Part shown: positions 33,445-45,089 of the stretch, one piece after another
Layout: each line of letters starts with the position of its first letter
Position numbering within the stretch: the stretch's first letter is position 1
NCBI GenBank assembly: GCA_038740615.1
Contig: JAVYLQ010000001.1
Span: 1-64,000 of the forward strand
Direction of reading: 5' to 3'
From: Candidatus Anstonellales archaeon
Lineage (GTDB): Archaea > Micrarchaeota > Micrarchaeia > Anstonellales > J096
Length of the DNA: 64,000 nucleotides
The notes under the pieces: model-generated
Databases searched by the model: none
Seen by the model: only the letters and a program-made list of their open reading frames with translations
What the model was told of the DNA's origin: nothing
Program-made: the position numbers and the translations under genes

Positions 33445-36400
33445 CCAGATCACCTTTTTTCCTTATGAAGAGTTTTGGATAAATATGCATAGATATAATT
33501 TCGTTGAGCAGCAATTTGAAGGCATATGGAATTTCTATATGTCCTACGTTATTACTTCCACACACAGGACATACGTATTCTTCAGAAGGTTCGTCATAAT
33601 ATGCGAAACTGCCACAGTCTAAACACACATGTTCTACATGTTTATCACTATTCTCTAACAATCTATCTATCACTGTAGCTGCTGCTCCATATCCTAGTAG
33701 AGTATCTCTTTCCATCTCTCCAAATCTCAACCCTCCCTCTCTACTTCTTCCCTCAGTAGGTTGAGAGGTTAATAATTGCACTGGTCCTTTGGTTCTACTA
33801 TGCATTTTATTTGATACTAGATGATGTAATCTCTGATAATATATAACCCCTATAAATATTTTAACCTTTATTTTCTCTCCAGTAACACCATCGTACATCT
33901 CCTCCTCTCCCCATTCATCAAATCCTAGGGATTTTAACTCTTCGACAAACTTCTCTAGTTTATCACCGGAGAAAGGAGTGGCATCTACATATTTACCAGT
34001 TATACATGCTGCCTTGCATCCTAACATTTCTAATAGATGACCTGCAGTCATTCTACTAGGTATTGCATGTGGATTTATTATCAGATCAGGAACGATTCCA
34101 CTTTTTGTGAATGGTAAATCCTTCTGATCAACTAACATTCCTATTACTCCTTTCTGTCCATGTCTAGAACTGAATTTATCACCTATTTCTGGAATCTTAT
34201 TCAATCTGAATCTAACCTTTATCACTACCTCCCCGTCCTGATTCTCTGTTATCATAACTCGATCAACTCTACCCTCTTCCCCTTCCTTAACCTTTATAGA
34301 ACTATCTTTGTATTTCTCTTCTGTTGCTCTAGTAAAATCCAAATCCTCTAAGAATCTAGGTGGTGATAGCTTTCCTATAATAACATCATTTTCCACATAT
34401 TTTTCCTCCAATCTAGGTAAGCCATCATCATCTAACTTCTCATAAGAAACATTGTGTTTAACATTTATAATCATGGAACCTGGCTTTGTGATTTTATCTC
34501 TGAATTGGGCATAATACTCAACAATCTCGGTGGAATACGTTTTGAACATTATTGATCTACCAAATCCCCTATCTACAGCGGACTTGTTTATAACAATTGC
34601 ATCAGTCATGTTCCATCCTCTGTAACTCATCACTGCAACCACAAGATTGTACCCAGCTGCTCTCTTGGCTAATCCTAAGTAATCATATGTTCTAGTGGTT
34701 GCTATTGGACGTTCATTATAGTAATTAATATATGCCTTAGTGTCATATCTGAAATTGAATGCAGAATTATATATCCCTAAACTCTGTTTTAGCATACCGC
34801 TAGCCATAGTGAGTCTAGGTGAAGAGTTGTATTCAGGGAATGGTAGAAGAGCTGCGGCTATTCCAAATAGTGTTGATGGATCAATCTCCATATGAGTATA
34901 CCTCTCATCTCCAAGATCATTCATAGATTTTGCTATAAATGCATTTTCCTCTTCTTCCGCATCTAAATACTCTATATATCCCATCTTAACCAATTGTTCC
35001 CAAGAATACTTACCTGATTTAACCTCATCCCATATCCTCAAAATCTTCAGCTCACCTCTCTCTATAACTAGATAAGGTCTTCTCAATCTACCTGGGGAAG
35101 TATTGATATAAAATTCATTAAACTCTTCTCTAAAATAGAAGTTTACAGAAGAGCTAATTTCACCCGCTCTTCTTGCACTAACAAGAGCAATAAATAGTTC
35201 CTTACCATTTTTAACTTCTCCTACGTAATCCCCATCTAGATATACTTGAACATTGTGTTCTGATCTTGAATCTGTTAAGTATGGATTTAGAATAGCAAGT
35301 ATAGGGGTGACATCAACTTTTTCCGTGGTTATTTCTGCCATTATAGCCATATTCTTTAGCAATGATGTTGATGCACCTTCTGGGGTCTCAGAAGGACATA
35401 TCTTTCCATACCAGGTCCCATGCAGATCTCTTGCCTTAAAGTGTGGATGTGATTTGTCCAAAGGAGAGAGAATTCTTCTTCTGTGACTCAGAGATGATAC
35501 AAAACTAACCCTATCCATAACCTGTGATACTCCTGTCTGACCAGCTATCCAGTTACCCGTAGCCATAGCGTACATTACTTTTGTTGTGAATACATTTGGA
35601 CGGATTAGAGTACTGAATTTTATAACTCTTCTACCCCTTATTATGCTCTTATTTATCTGGTTTTTAGTATCAGCAATCAACTGATCAAAAGCATATCCAA
35701 ATAACTCAGCTATCAAATCTCCAGCTAGCTTAATCCTCTTATTACCATAATGGTCTCTATCATCTTCCTTTATCTTATTATAAGCTAATAGAGATGCTTT
35801 CATACACATTCTAAGCAAGTATTTAGCCTTCTTCTTATTAATCTCTGGATTCACATCAGTTCCCAAGTGAGGCAATACAAAATTAGACATCAATTTGTTG
35901 AAATGATTCAGCTGAACTTCCCATTCATTGTTTGGTTTTAATCTCTTTATCAGATAAACAAGAGGATCAGCAACAAAATCCTCCTTCTTTTCAATTTCCT
36001 GTTTGTTTAGCATATAGTCAAAATATGCTTCTGGATACTGTTTTAGAGCATTCTGTATTTCCTCATCACTCATACCAAGAGCTCTTATTACTACAAATAC
36101 ATTCAACTGAGGAACAGAGTGGGGGAAATCTATATAGAACAGACCTTCATCAGTTCTCCTTATTGTTAATTTAGCTCTGTATATTCCTCTAGTAGAGAAC
36201 ACTTTTGCTATAACATCTTCCTTGTTCTCCTTGACAACCAGAATCTTATTAGGTACTAAATCCTCTATACCTATAAGAGTTCGTTCAGTGCCGTTTATAA
36301 TAAAATATCCTCCAGGATCCATTGGATCAGTTCCCTTATAGATTCTTTCCTGATTGCTTCTGAGAGCTCTATTAAGATTGCACACTACTGAATTTACCAT

Positions 36401-36841
36401 TACAGGGAGATCTCCTATATGGATGTTCTCTTCTTTTCCATCAAACTCATCAACATAATTCCCATTGGCATCATATTTCCTTATGTATCTCTCTACATCG
36501 ATTAGAACTCTTCCTGAATATGTTAGATCTCTCATCAGAGCCTCTGCTGGGAATAGTATAAAGGTATTACCAGATTGTTCACTCTTCATAGGAGGTTCTA
36601 GCTTGATATTTACTATTTTGTATACTATTTTATTTCGATTATCCTCATTGGCCATGAAATTTCTATTACCTAGTTCCACCTCTATCTCATTTTCCCTATT
36701 TTTCATCTTGTTTTCTAAATACTCTCTCATTCCTTCCTGAACAAACCTATTATAGGAATCTATCTGCTGTTTTACTAGATTGTTGTATTCAAAATATTTT
36801 TTCAACAAAATTTTAGATATATCATTCATTTGGTAATTCAT
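33425..36841 (-). CDS. rpoB: RNA polymerase subunit B (Rpo2), unsplit
   Basis: GGYFIING, ETPEG, GDKFSSRHGQKG, GGLRFGEMERD; single continuous ORF. Confidence 0.98.
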
Positions 36842-37103
36842 ATTTCTCACCAATTACTATCCTATAGTAAGTATATTTTATGCCGTAATCATCTCTCTGA
36901 AATTCAAGAACATCATTTTCCTTAGCTCCTAGTGCAATCACAACTGGATCAGATTTCATAATCTTAGGCAATTTCTCCTGCTCGATCCCATATTTTCTTA
37001 GCAGTTCCTCCTTCTCACTATCACTCAATATCCTCACATTACCTATCAAGAAATGTCCTATAGGGTTCAATTTAATCTTAGAAACTTTGCTCTTGTCCAC
37101 CAT
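36822..37103 (-). CDS. rpoH: RNA polymerase subunit H (Rpo5)
   Basis: HFL, LPKI..SDPV, YYRIV; first gene of the RNAP operon. Confidence 0.93.
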   Translation of the reverse strand: MVDKSKVSKIKLNPIGHFLIGNVRILSDSEKEELLRKYGIEQEKLPKIMKSDPVVIALGAKENDVLEFQRDDYGIKYTYYRIVIGEKYELPNE

Positions 37104-37163
37104 ATCAGCTCAATATTTATAGACCAAAAGCTTTTTAAAATTTAATGTTTGAATAAAACTAAA

Positions 37164-38315
37164 TCATTTTCTAAGCTTCCTAGCTCTAACAATCCTATCT
37201 GCAGCTTCTCTAATAGCATTCTCTCTCATATGTTTAGGATCTTTGCTAAAGAGTTTCAAGAACTTGTTTAAGATTCTATCTCGGGTTTTCTGTTTCATAG
37301 TCTCCTCATCTAGATAATTACCAGTGATATTGTAAACCCACTCCATATAACTACCTATCACACCTCCTGAATTAGCTAATATATCTGGTACAATTATACT
37401 GTTTAATCGATCATCGACATTCCAATCTACTGGATTATTTGCCATCTCAACTATCCATTTAGCCTTTATATAATTGTAATTATGCTCACCTATTTGCATC
37501 TCCAAAGCTGCAGGAACCAACACATCAACATCCAACTCTAAGATCTCCTTATTATCGATACTATTCCCTCTGTAACCTTCAAAGCTACCATGTTGCTGTT
37601 TGTAGGCTAGCAAATCTGCTATATTCAACCCATTCTCATTATAAACACCCCCTTTACTATCCGATATGGCAATCACTTTATATCCAGCTTCATCCAACAT
37701 TCTAGCCAGATTTCCCCCAACATTTCCAGCACCTTGAATAGCTATTTTTAGATTTCTCCTCTCAATATTCTTAGCTATATAATCTATAATTACAAATCCC
37801 CCATACGATGTAGATATTTCTCTAAATGCTATCCCACCTAACTCAACTGGTTTTGATGTGAACATCCCCATATCTCTGGTACCAACAGCATTCTGATATG
37901 CATCCAACATCCAAGCAATTATCTGACTATTAGTATTAACATCCGGTGCAGGAATATCTTTCCAAGTTCCTATAATATCTCTAAAGGCATTTGCATAATT
38001 TCTGGATAGTTCCCTCAATTCTTCTCTACTTAACCTCTTTGGATCGACTACCACTCCCCCTTTAGCTCCACCATAAGGTAACTCCATAAGGGAATTCTTA
38101 AGGCTCATAAGTAATGAAAGCATCTTCAGCTCTTCTTCAGTCACATTTGGATGGAACCTTATTCCACCTTTAGAAGGGCCTAAAGAGGAATCATGAATTA
38201 CTCTATAAGCATCGTAGAGTTTATCCCCGGCTCTAATCTTGCTATGATATATTCCCTCCCAATCTATCAATTCCTGATAGCCTAACTCCGAGAGTCTGTG
38301 AATCATCCTATTCAT
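37164..38315 (-). CDS. gdhA: glutamate dehydrogenase (Glu/Leu/Phe/Val DH family)
   Basis: GPSKGGIRFHP, GGAKGG, DIPAPDVNT, QGAGNVG, PDILANSGGV. Confidence 0.92.
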   Translation of the reverse strand: MNRMIHRLSELGYQELIDWEGIYHSKIRAGDKLYDAYRVIHDSSLGPSKGGIRFHPNVTEEELKMLSLLMSLKNSLMELPYGGAKGGVVVDPKRLSREELRELSRNYANAFRDIIGTWKDIPAPDVNTNSQIIAWMLDAYQNAVGTRDMGMFTSKPVELGGIAFREISTSYGGFVIIDYIAKNIERRNLKIAIQGAGNVGGNLARMLDEAGYKVIAISDSKGGVYNENGLNIADLLAYKQQHGSFEGYRGNSIDNKEILELDVDVLVPAALEMQIGEHNYNYIKAKWIVEMANNPVDWNVDDRLNSIIVPDILANSGGVIGSYMEWVYNITGNYLDEETMKQKTRDRILNKFLKLFSKDPKHMRENAIREAADRIVRARKLRK

Positions 38316-38340
38316 AGTCTATTTAGAAATAAACATCGGT

Positions 38341-38346
38341 TTTAAA
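38341..38346. promoter_or_regulatory. palindromic TATA-like box shared by divergent gdhA and coiled-coil gene
   Basis: TTTAAA 25 and 22 nt from the two start codons. Confidence 0.6.
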
Positions 38347-38368
38347 AAATAATCACATATAGTTAATT

Positions 38369-40045
38369 GTGGACGAATTTGAAGAAATCCTGATATCAAC
38401 CCCTATAGACAAGCTCATAGAGATAATTAAAAATGAGCAAGAGGTCACTAGCTCATATTTAGCTCTAAAAACAAAATACGATCAGGCTACGATAGAAGAG
38501 TGGGTGAGATATTTAGAAAGAGAGGGGATTGTTGAGATTAAATACCAACTTAATGAGATGCATATATCTTGGAACTCTCCTAAAAAAGAAGAATTTGATA
38601 CGAGAAAGGAGAAATTTAAGAAACGGGCAGATACAGTAGAGAAGCAGATAGAACAGCTCAAAGAGGACGTAAATATAGAAATAAGAATAGTATATGAGTT
38701 ATTAGACCAGATCAATAGTAAGATTGATGAAATGAAGTTAGATAGGGAAAAATTGATGACATTTACTACTCAATTTACCAAATTCAGAGAAGAATTGAAT
38801 AAAGATTTGGAGATAATATCGAGAGATATTGCTAGAATTTCGCAAAATGTTGATGAGAAATACAGGCAAGTATCTTCTCTTGCCACCCTCATATCGGAAG
38901 TGTCAGTAGCTGATGTTCAGGAGCTTGAACAGAACATACGCAAATCTCTAGATGAGAAGCTTAAAATGATAGATACGAGAATTCAGGATTTGGATATATA
39001 CGTCTCCAAACTTCAGAACATATCAGAGGAGGACATAAATAAAATATACAGTAGATTAGAAGAACTAGAACAGATGAAAGAGATTATCAGAGGTTCTGAA
39101 TCTATAGAAGGAGGATTGAGGGATCTGATAAGGAAATATGAATATATTCTAGAAGTATTAGCAGAGAGAGAAAAACTCCTGAAGGAATTGGATGAATTAG
39201 AGCAGAGAAATATTGAATTGCAGAGATCTCTGAATAATCTTAGTGGAAACATATTTGAGATTAGTGAAAAATTGCAGAAACTAGCGCAGGAATACTATGA
39301 TATTCAAGGAAAATCTGCAGAACTAGCCACTCAGATTAAATCAAACCAAGATATTCTTAGGAACATTCAGGTGGAAGATACTAGTATAATTGATCAGGCA
39401 AAACAGATGCTAGAGACTCTAAGAAGTTTTAAGGATGATGTGAAATCTTTTGAGAAATTGTCTAAGGAGACACATGAGATCTTAGAGAGAATACAGGATA
39501 TAGGTAAGGTAAGAATGAATCTAGAGAGGTATAAGAGAGAATATTTGCTTGAAGTTGCCAAGTATGCTGAAATGGTTAATGAAGATCTAAAGACTTTGGA
39601 AACATTATTGGATATAAAGAAAAGAATGATTTCGGAATTGTCAACATATAAAGATACTCTACTTGGATACGAAGAGGAGTTTAAGAAATATGTAAAATTA
39701 TTCATAGAGCAAAAGGAATCATTTGAATCTATGCGAAAGACTCTGAATCAGATGATTCAAGAGGGAGAATTTGCGGAAGCTCTGAATAGGATTAATTCTA
39801 CTCTAGGGTCTTTGCAACAGGTAGAACAGAAACTAGAGGAAGCGAGAAGATTGCTAGTACAATTAGAGGAGATAAAAATAAATATAAATGTTCTGACTAA
39901 AGAGTTAAATCTATTAAAACTTAGAACTCCTGAAAATGAGAGGGAAATACAGCAGAAAATAGAACATCAGGAAAAGAGTCTGAAAGAACAGGAGATAAAG
40001 CGAAGGAGTTTAGAGGAATGGATCAGAAGTTTTACAAAGAAATAA
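38369..40045 (+). CDS. long coiled-coil protein with N-terminal winged-helix-like domain
   Basis: TPIDKL...IEEWVRYLEREGIV N-terminus followed by about 480 aa of heptad-rich E/K/L sequence. Confidence 0.7.
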   Translation: MDEFEEILISTPIDKLIEIIKNEQEVTSSYLALKTKYDQATIEEWVRYLEREGIVEIKYQLNEMHISWNSPKKEEFDTRKEKFKKRADTVEKQIEQLKEDVNIEIRIVYELLDQINSKIDEMKLDREKLMTFTTQFTKFREELNKDLEIISRDIARISQNVDEKYRQVSSLATLISEVSVADVQELEQNIRKSLDEKLKMIDTRIQDLDIYVSKLQNISEEDINKIYSRLEELEQMKEIIRGSESIEGGLRDLIRKYEYILEVLAEREKLLKELDELEQRNIELQRSLNNLSGNIFEISEKLQKLAQEYYDIQGKSAELATQIKSNQDILRNIQVEDTSIIDQAKQMLETLRSFKDDVKSFEKLSKETHEILERIQDIGKVRMNLERYKREYLLEVAKYAEMVNEDLKTLETLLDIKKRMISELSTYKDTLLGYEEEFKKYVKLFIEQKESFESMRKTLNQMIQEGEFAEALNRINSTLGSLQQVEQKLEEARRLLVQLEEIKININVLTKELNLLKLRTPENEREIQQKIEHQEKSLKEQEIKRRSLEEWIRSFTKK

Positions 40046-40070
40046 AAACACTTATCATTAAATATAAGTC

Positions 40071-42749
40071 ATGATTAAAATATTTATAATAAGTACAATT
40101 CTTCTCTTATCTGGGTGTATTGATCAACTCAGAATACAATTAACTAAATCTGCTACAGATTACTATAGACTAGCAGAGAGTGAAAATATATCGGTAAGTT
40201 TTGATAAGAACAAGATTGAAGATTTTATGAAAAGGGTAAATGAAGAGTATGATAAGAGAGATAATGCAACCCTATATGCATTTGTGTGTAATTACACTCA
40301 ATTAAAAAAGGTTGGTTTTGACAAATTCAAAGCCTATTGGAAATATCTATTCACCAAAGATTCTAAAGTGATGTTTGATGAATCTCTAATAGGAGGCAAG
40401 TGTTGGATTCAGAATGTGTCCCATTTTCCAAGTATAGAAGCGATAATATTCTCCGTGTTTTTAGAACCTGAAGAGATCAGAAACAACACTGCATTTTACA
40501 AAACTTATCTGGATAAAGATGGAAATGTTGTGGTTGAGGAGCCACCATCGGATCTCGATGAAATAAGGAGACTCTACAAGATATTTGATAGACATGTATT
40601 CTTTGGTTTAGCATCGGGTCCATCCTTTGGAGATTTCAATGAACTCAATCCATTCTGTAATAACAGCCTTAGATATCCTGTAAAATTCATCACTGGGACA
40701 GAGAACCAGTATTTGATTCCTGCAACTCCAGAAATAAGAGCTGCATGTTACTTAGATCTTGGTTATATACCTATATACGTATTCTATGCTAGAAATGGTA
40801 TTCCAGAAGTAGATAATTCATACATACTGGTTTCAAGATTAGTAGATATGAATTCTCCGGATAGGGAAGCAATAGGACCAGTCTTCTTATTCTCGGAGGG
40901 TTCATTAACACCCTCACAGCTGCTCAAAGGATTGGAAGAATATACTCCTGGTGCAGATAGATACACCGGTAGAGTTAGAGCTCAGATAGTAGGATGGAAA
41001 ACTCTGTGTCCAGATTGTATCGTAGGATTAACAGTGCCTTTTGATATCAGCCCTAATGAGTTGAAAGAGCTTAGGGATATGATTAGAAATGATCCTTGGT
41101 TGTATTCAAATATATCTATAATAGGATTTGGTATAGATGCAGATCGATTAAATAATAGATCAAACTTCCATGAAATGATTCAGAGAATAGAGATGATTGT
41201 AAAATTCGCTAGGGATCTTGGTAAACCTTCTGCAGCTCTGTATATGTATATTCCTCAGAGCTGGACAGAGAGGAAGATCAGAGCTGATGGATTTGAATAC
41301 AGTGGATTAGATTACATCATGAAAAATTTCTATTCAATAGATGCAGTAGCTAGTTCGAATGTATTTAATCTGGCTGGGAGAGGTTTGATAATGATGCCCA
41401 CCCTCCCTCTAATACCAGAATCCATGCAGATATTATTAGGCAAATCCTCTGCAGTATCGGTTCTAGATACTGCAATGAACCCTTATGAAGATGCATTCTC
41501 GTATACATTAAGCTATTGTAAGGATTATTTTAAAGTAGGCATAAACTCCCCTCTAATATTCTCCTCATCTGGTGTTGATCTAAAAAACATACAACTAACT
41601 CAGAAATCTGAGTTTTACCAGGATCAACCACAATACAGAGAACCCAGATTTACTCCTGATAAGAGATTTACTATAAACGACAAGGATGATACTATTTTCA
41701 AGTGTGTAGGATGTTTCTTGATCCTGAATAGTACTCAGGTAGGAAATTTCAAATCAATATTCAATCTAGATACATATAAACATAAATGTGAAGAACCGTC
41801 TCCTCAGATTATTAATAAGATTAAACTCTACTCAGATATAGTTGATCTAGATCCACCTTTCTTAAGAGCATTGATTGAACAGTTTAGCAATTATGACAAG
41901 TGCCACGTATCATTTGTAGATTCAAAAGCTGAACAGTTAGAGAGATGCGGACACAACCTGGAGTTCTCTGATATACAATCCGATCTAGCTAAAGCAGGAT
42001 GCTCTGTAAGCAAGAAATCTGATTATGTTTGTGGATTTGGGGTGATGGATGTTAAAATAGATATTACTAAGGAGATATTAGAACCTTGTATCCCATCTAA
42101 AGGATACATTAGAGACATGATCTTTGACGAATCTATTAATCTATGCAAGGGCGCAATTATGTTAGCAAACGCATCAGATGGTGCTGAAAAGATTATAAAT
42201 GAATATCCCAAGTATATGTTAGACACTAAATATATCGAAGAGAGGTATTTATTATATAGAATGATTTTAACATCTTTGGTGTATGATCAAGGATATAATT
42301 TCAGTAAAGCAACAGTAAGATTCTTTGAGGGGCTTGTAGATGAACTGAAAATAGTTGGGCTTACTGGTGATAAGAAAAAAGATAACCAACTATGTCTGGA
42401 TTATATGGCACTCCCACACTTCAATAATTATTGTTGCATTATCATATCAAGTAGCGAAGCGGAGATGGTTAATCCATATTGTGTTAAAATAACTAACACA
42501 GAGGCATACTGGGATTTCCTATTAGGAATGAAGCTTGCACCGGGAATGATGATAACTTCCGATCCTCCATATTCAATAGGATTTAACAAAGCTTATGAAA
42601 AAGTTGAACCAACACTAAAAGTGATGTCAAAATATTTTGATGTATACCAGAAATGCAAGGATTGTGCAGATGAGAAATGGGCTGATAATGTAATAAAGAA
42701 GAAAAAGCAAATATGTGCAAACCTACCAGATTTACCGATATGTAAATAG
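40071..42749 (+). CDS. large Cys-rich secreted lipoprotein with degenerate SLT-like domain
   Basis: LLLSGC lipobox; many Cys; LDPPFLRALIEQFSNYD, GFGVMDV, FDESINLCKGAIML. Confidence 0.6.
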   Translation: MIKIFIISTILLLSGCIDQLRIQLTKSATDYYRLAESENISVSFDKNKIEDFMKRVNEEYDKRDNATLYAFVCNYTQLKKVGFDKFKAYWKYLFTKDSKVMFDESLIGGKCWIQNVSHFPSIEAIIFSVFLEPEEIRNNTAFYKTYLDKDGNVVVEEPPSDLDEIRRLYKIFDRHVFFGLASGPSFGDFNELNPFCNNSLRYPVKFITGTENQYLIPATPEIRAACYLDLGYIPIYVFYARNGIPEVDNSYILVSRLVDMNSPDREAIGPVFLFSEGSLTPSQLLKGLEEYTPGADRYTGRVRAQIVGWKTLCPDCIVGLTVPFDISPNELKELRDMIRNDPWLYSNISIIGFGIDADRLNNRSNFHEMIQRIEMIVKFARDLGKPSAALYMYIPQSWTERKIRADGFEYSGLDYIMKNFYSIDAVASSNVFNLAGRGLIMMPTLPLIPESMQILLGKSSAVSVLDTAMNPYEDAFSYTLSYCKDYFKVGINSPLIFSSSGVDLKNIQLTQKSEFYQDQPQYREPRFTPDKRFTINDKDDTIFKCVGCFLILNSTQVGNFKSIFNLDTYKHKCEEPSPQIINKIKLYSDIVDLDPPFLRALIEQFSNYDKCHVSFVDSKAEQLERCGHNLEFSDIQSDLAKAGCSVSKKSDYVCGFGVMDVKIDITKEILEPCIPSKGYIRDMIFDESINLCKGAIMLANASDGAEKIINEYPKYMLDTKYIEERYLLYRMILTSLVYDQGYNFSKATVRFFEGLVDELKIVGLTGDKKKDNQLCLDYMALPHFNNYCCIIISSSEAEMVNPYCVKITNTEAYWDFLLGMKLAPGMMITSDPPYSIGFNKAYEKVEPTLKVMSKYFDVYQKCKDCADEKWADNVIKKKKQICANLPDLPICK

Positions 42750-42753
42750 AACG

Positions 42754-43395
42754 ATGTTGAAACTGGGTTACAACCAATTCCCTAGTTCTCAAATGGATAC
42801 AGTAAGGTTTAAGTTGTCAAATTATACAATTGAATTACGTAGATGCTGTAGAAATTACTCTGATATAATGCACTATCACATTCAATCTCCAGAAACGATC
42901 TATATTATCTCTGGGAGTGGCAAGTTAATATATAATATAAATAATAGAACGAATGAATTGAATTTTAGTGAAGGAGAGTATATAAGAGTATACGCAAAAA
43001 CACCACATTCTATATATGTCGATACAGATAGTATAATACTTACTATTCAAGAAAATATAGATAGAATCGATCATAATGGAGATTATTTGGCTCGAGGTCT
43101 ATTTCCATTTAAAAGTAATATCAAAAACCCAATTTCGTTTAGAGATCCTAAGATCAAATTATCAATATATCGAATACAAGATTATGAGCTGCAAAAACAA
43201 TCTCCCGATCTCAAAAATTACTATCTCATAATAGTAGGCATGAGCAAATTCAAATATGGTGGTAAATGGTATGATAGAGGAATTCTGGTAATAAACAGAG
43301 ATAATATGGAAGATTTGGAGAATTTACCTGATCATGGGGCTATATTGAAGATATCATCAAAACTTCTTAATCGAATATTCCTGGACCCATCATAG
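42754..43395 (+). CDS. cupin-domain protein
   Basis: HYH...ETIYIISGSG and EGEYI.V.AKTPHSI cupin motifs. Confidence 0.75.
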   Translation: MLKLGYNQFPSSQMDTVRFKLSNYTIELRRCCRNYSDIMHYHIQSPETIYIISGSGKLIYNINNRTNELNFSEGEYIRVYAKTPHSIYVDTDSIILTIQENIDRIDHNGDYLARGLFPFKSNIKNPISFRDPKIKLSIYRIQDYELQKQSPDLKNYYLIIVGMSKFKYGGKWYDRGILVINRDNMEDLENLPDHGAILKISSKLLNRIFLDPS

Positions 43396-44663
43396 TAAGT
43401 ATAACCTATTAAGTCTTTGATAAGGATATTATTTACCCCGATAGATCTTGCCCTCTCAATTTTCTTTATAGCCTCTCCTTTCCAATCCATGTACAGAACG
43501 TCAAATCTCTCTATCAATTTTTGATAATCAGCAAATCCTTCAACATTACCCAAAGTTATGAACAGCATGTCATAAGGTCGAGTGTATCTATTGAATTCAA
43601 ATCTGTCCCCTCTAAAACTCTGTTCTAGGATCACATAGAACAATCTCTCTAGACCCAGAGAGGCTTCTACTACATGTGGTGTAGGAAAAGATCCTTTTGA
43701 GAACTGTTTGTGTCTGGATAGATCATAATCAGTTCTATATGCATTACCTGCTATCTCCACAACTCCATAATCAGTAATCACCTCTACATCAAAATTACCT
43801 TTTGAGTAGTGCGGAACTTCGCTAGATTCTAATTCTCGAATCCACATCCTATTTGGATCTAACCCTAGCTTCATGTAGAATTCCCATTCCATAGCTAAGA
43901 ATGCTGCCATTATTTGATTGTCCATAACCTCTTCCATGAATTTCTCCACAGTGATTCTTTCAACTCTATCACTTCCCCTTCTACGTATATTAAACTCTCT
44001 CCCAGCATATATCTCAAAGTTCTTAAAAGAAGGGTTTTTGGGGTCGAAGAAGTACTCAACTTCCATCTGATTAAATTCTCTCAATCTCAACAACCCCTGT
44101 CTTGGACTAATCTCATTTCTAAAGCTCTTACCAACTTGAGCTATAGCCATGGGTAATCTAGAATTATATTTATAGAATCGAGGGAAATCTACGAACATAC
44201 CCTGAGCTGTCTCAGGTCTAAGGAAAGCAATCTGGTCACTGTTATAACCTATCTCTGTTCTAAACATTAGATTCACATACATAACCTCTGAAAACTCTCC
44301 TCCGTGCTCTGAGCGTAAATCTTTCAGGAGCTCATTGGCTCGATTCGGATCCCAAACTCTACCTGCAGCTTCTACAATCTTATCCGCTCTATACACCATC
44401 CCAGTCTTTTTGCATCTAACTAACGGATCTGTAAAATTATCATAGTGGCCTGATGCCTTAAGTACTATCTCTGGCGTAATTAGAGCAGTATCTATCTCCA
44501 TGAAGTTATGCCTTCTCACAAATATGTTCCTCCATAGATTGATAATTTTATTCTTGATTCTCAAACCAACCTCTCCGTAGTTATAGAACCCTGCAGGATA
44601 GTTATAGATTTCATTTGATGGATAGATTATATTATGAGATTGGGCAAACTCTAACGCGTTCAT
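43332..44663 (-). CDS. glyS: glycyl-tRNA synthetase (alpha2 type), compact
   Basis: ASGH..NFTDP, LRPETAQG, GKSFRNEISPRQGLLRLREF, PHVVEASLGLER. Confidence 0.96.
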   Translation of the reverse strand: MNALEFAQSHNIIYPSNEIYNYPAGFYNYGEVGLRIKNKIINLWRNIFVRRHNFMEIDTALITPEIVLKASGHYDNFTDPLVRCKKTGMVYRADKIVEAAGRVWDPNRANELLKDLRSEHGGEFSEVMYVNLMFRTEIGYNSDQIAFLRPETAQGMFVDFPRFYKYNSRLPMAIAQVGKSFRNEISPRQGLLRLREFNQMEVEYFFDPKNPSFKNFEIYAGREFNIRRRGSDRVERITVEKFMEEVMDNQIMAAFLAMEWEFYMKLGLDPNRMWIRELESSEVPHYSKGNFDVEVITDYGVVEIAGNAYRTDYDLSRHKQFSKGSFPTPHVVEASLGLERLFYVILEQSFRGDRFEFNRYTRPYDMLFITLGNVEGFADYQKLIERFDVLYMDWKGEAIKKIERARSIGVNNILIKDLIGYTYYDGSRNIRLRSFDDIFNIAP

Positions 44664-44699
44664 AGTGTTTTTAAATTGTAACAACATTTAAAATAGCCT

Positions 44700-45089
44700 A
44701 TGTTCAGAAAGATAGATAAGGATCCTAAGATATTAGAACTGAATATTGGTATTGAGATGGATGATTATATTTTGGTCTCGGATTATGATTTGAGATTACT
44801 GTATGATTATGGTTTGTATTCAGAAAAACCGGATGTTGATGAAAATATATACAGAACATACAGAGAGCTATATGAGAAGGCATACAACCCAGAGATATTT
44901 GTTTACGATAATTATACTTACATAAAAATAACCAAGCAGAAATATCTTCGACACAAACCTAGGTATGAATACATAATTGCGTTTGATCTAGATCTGAACA
45001 GACATTTTAGAGCTGCAGTAGCTTCAAAACTCAAACTAATAGTATTGCACGATGGTAGATATTATATAATAACACCTTCATCTCTATAG
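44700..45089 (+). CDS. putative tRNA-splicing endonuclease structural (beta) subunit
   Basis: EndA-like pattern G....ILVSDYDL.LL..G / YRTYREL..KAY / YEYII / RAAVASKLKLIV / RYY, lacking the catalytic KYG motif. Confidence 0.5.
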   Translation: MFRKIDKDPKILELNIGIEMDDYILVSDYDLRLLYDYGLYSEKPDVDENIYRTYRELYEKAYNPEIFVYDNYTYIKITKQKYLRHKPRYEYIIAFDLDLNRHFRAAVASKLKLIVLHDGRYYIITPSSL

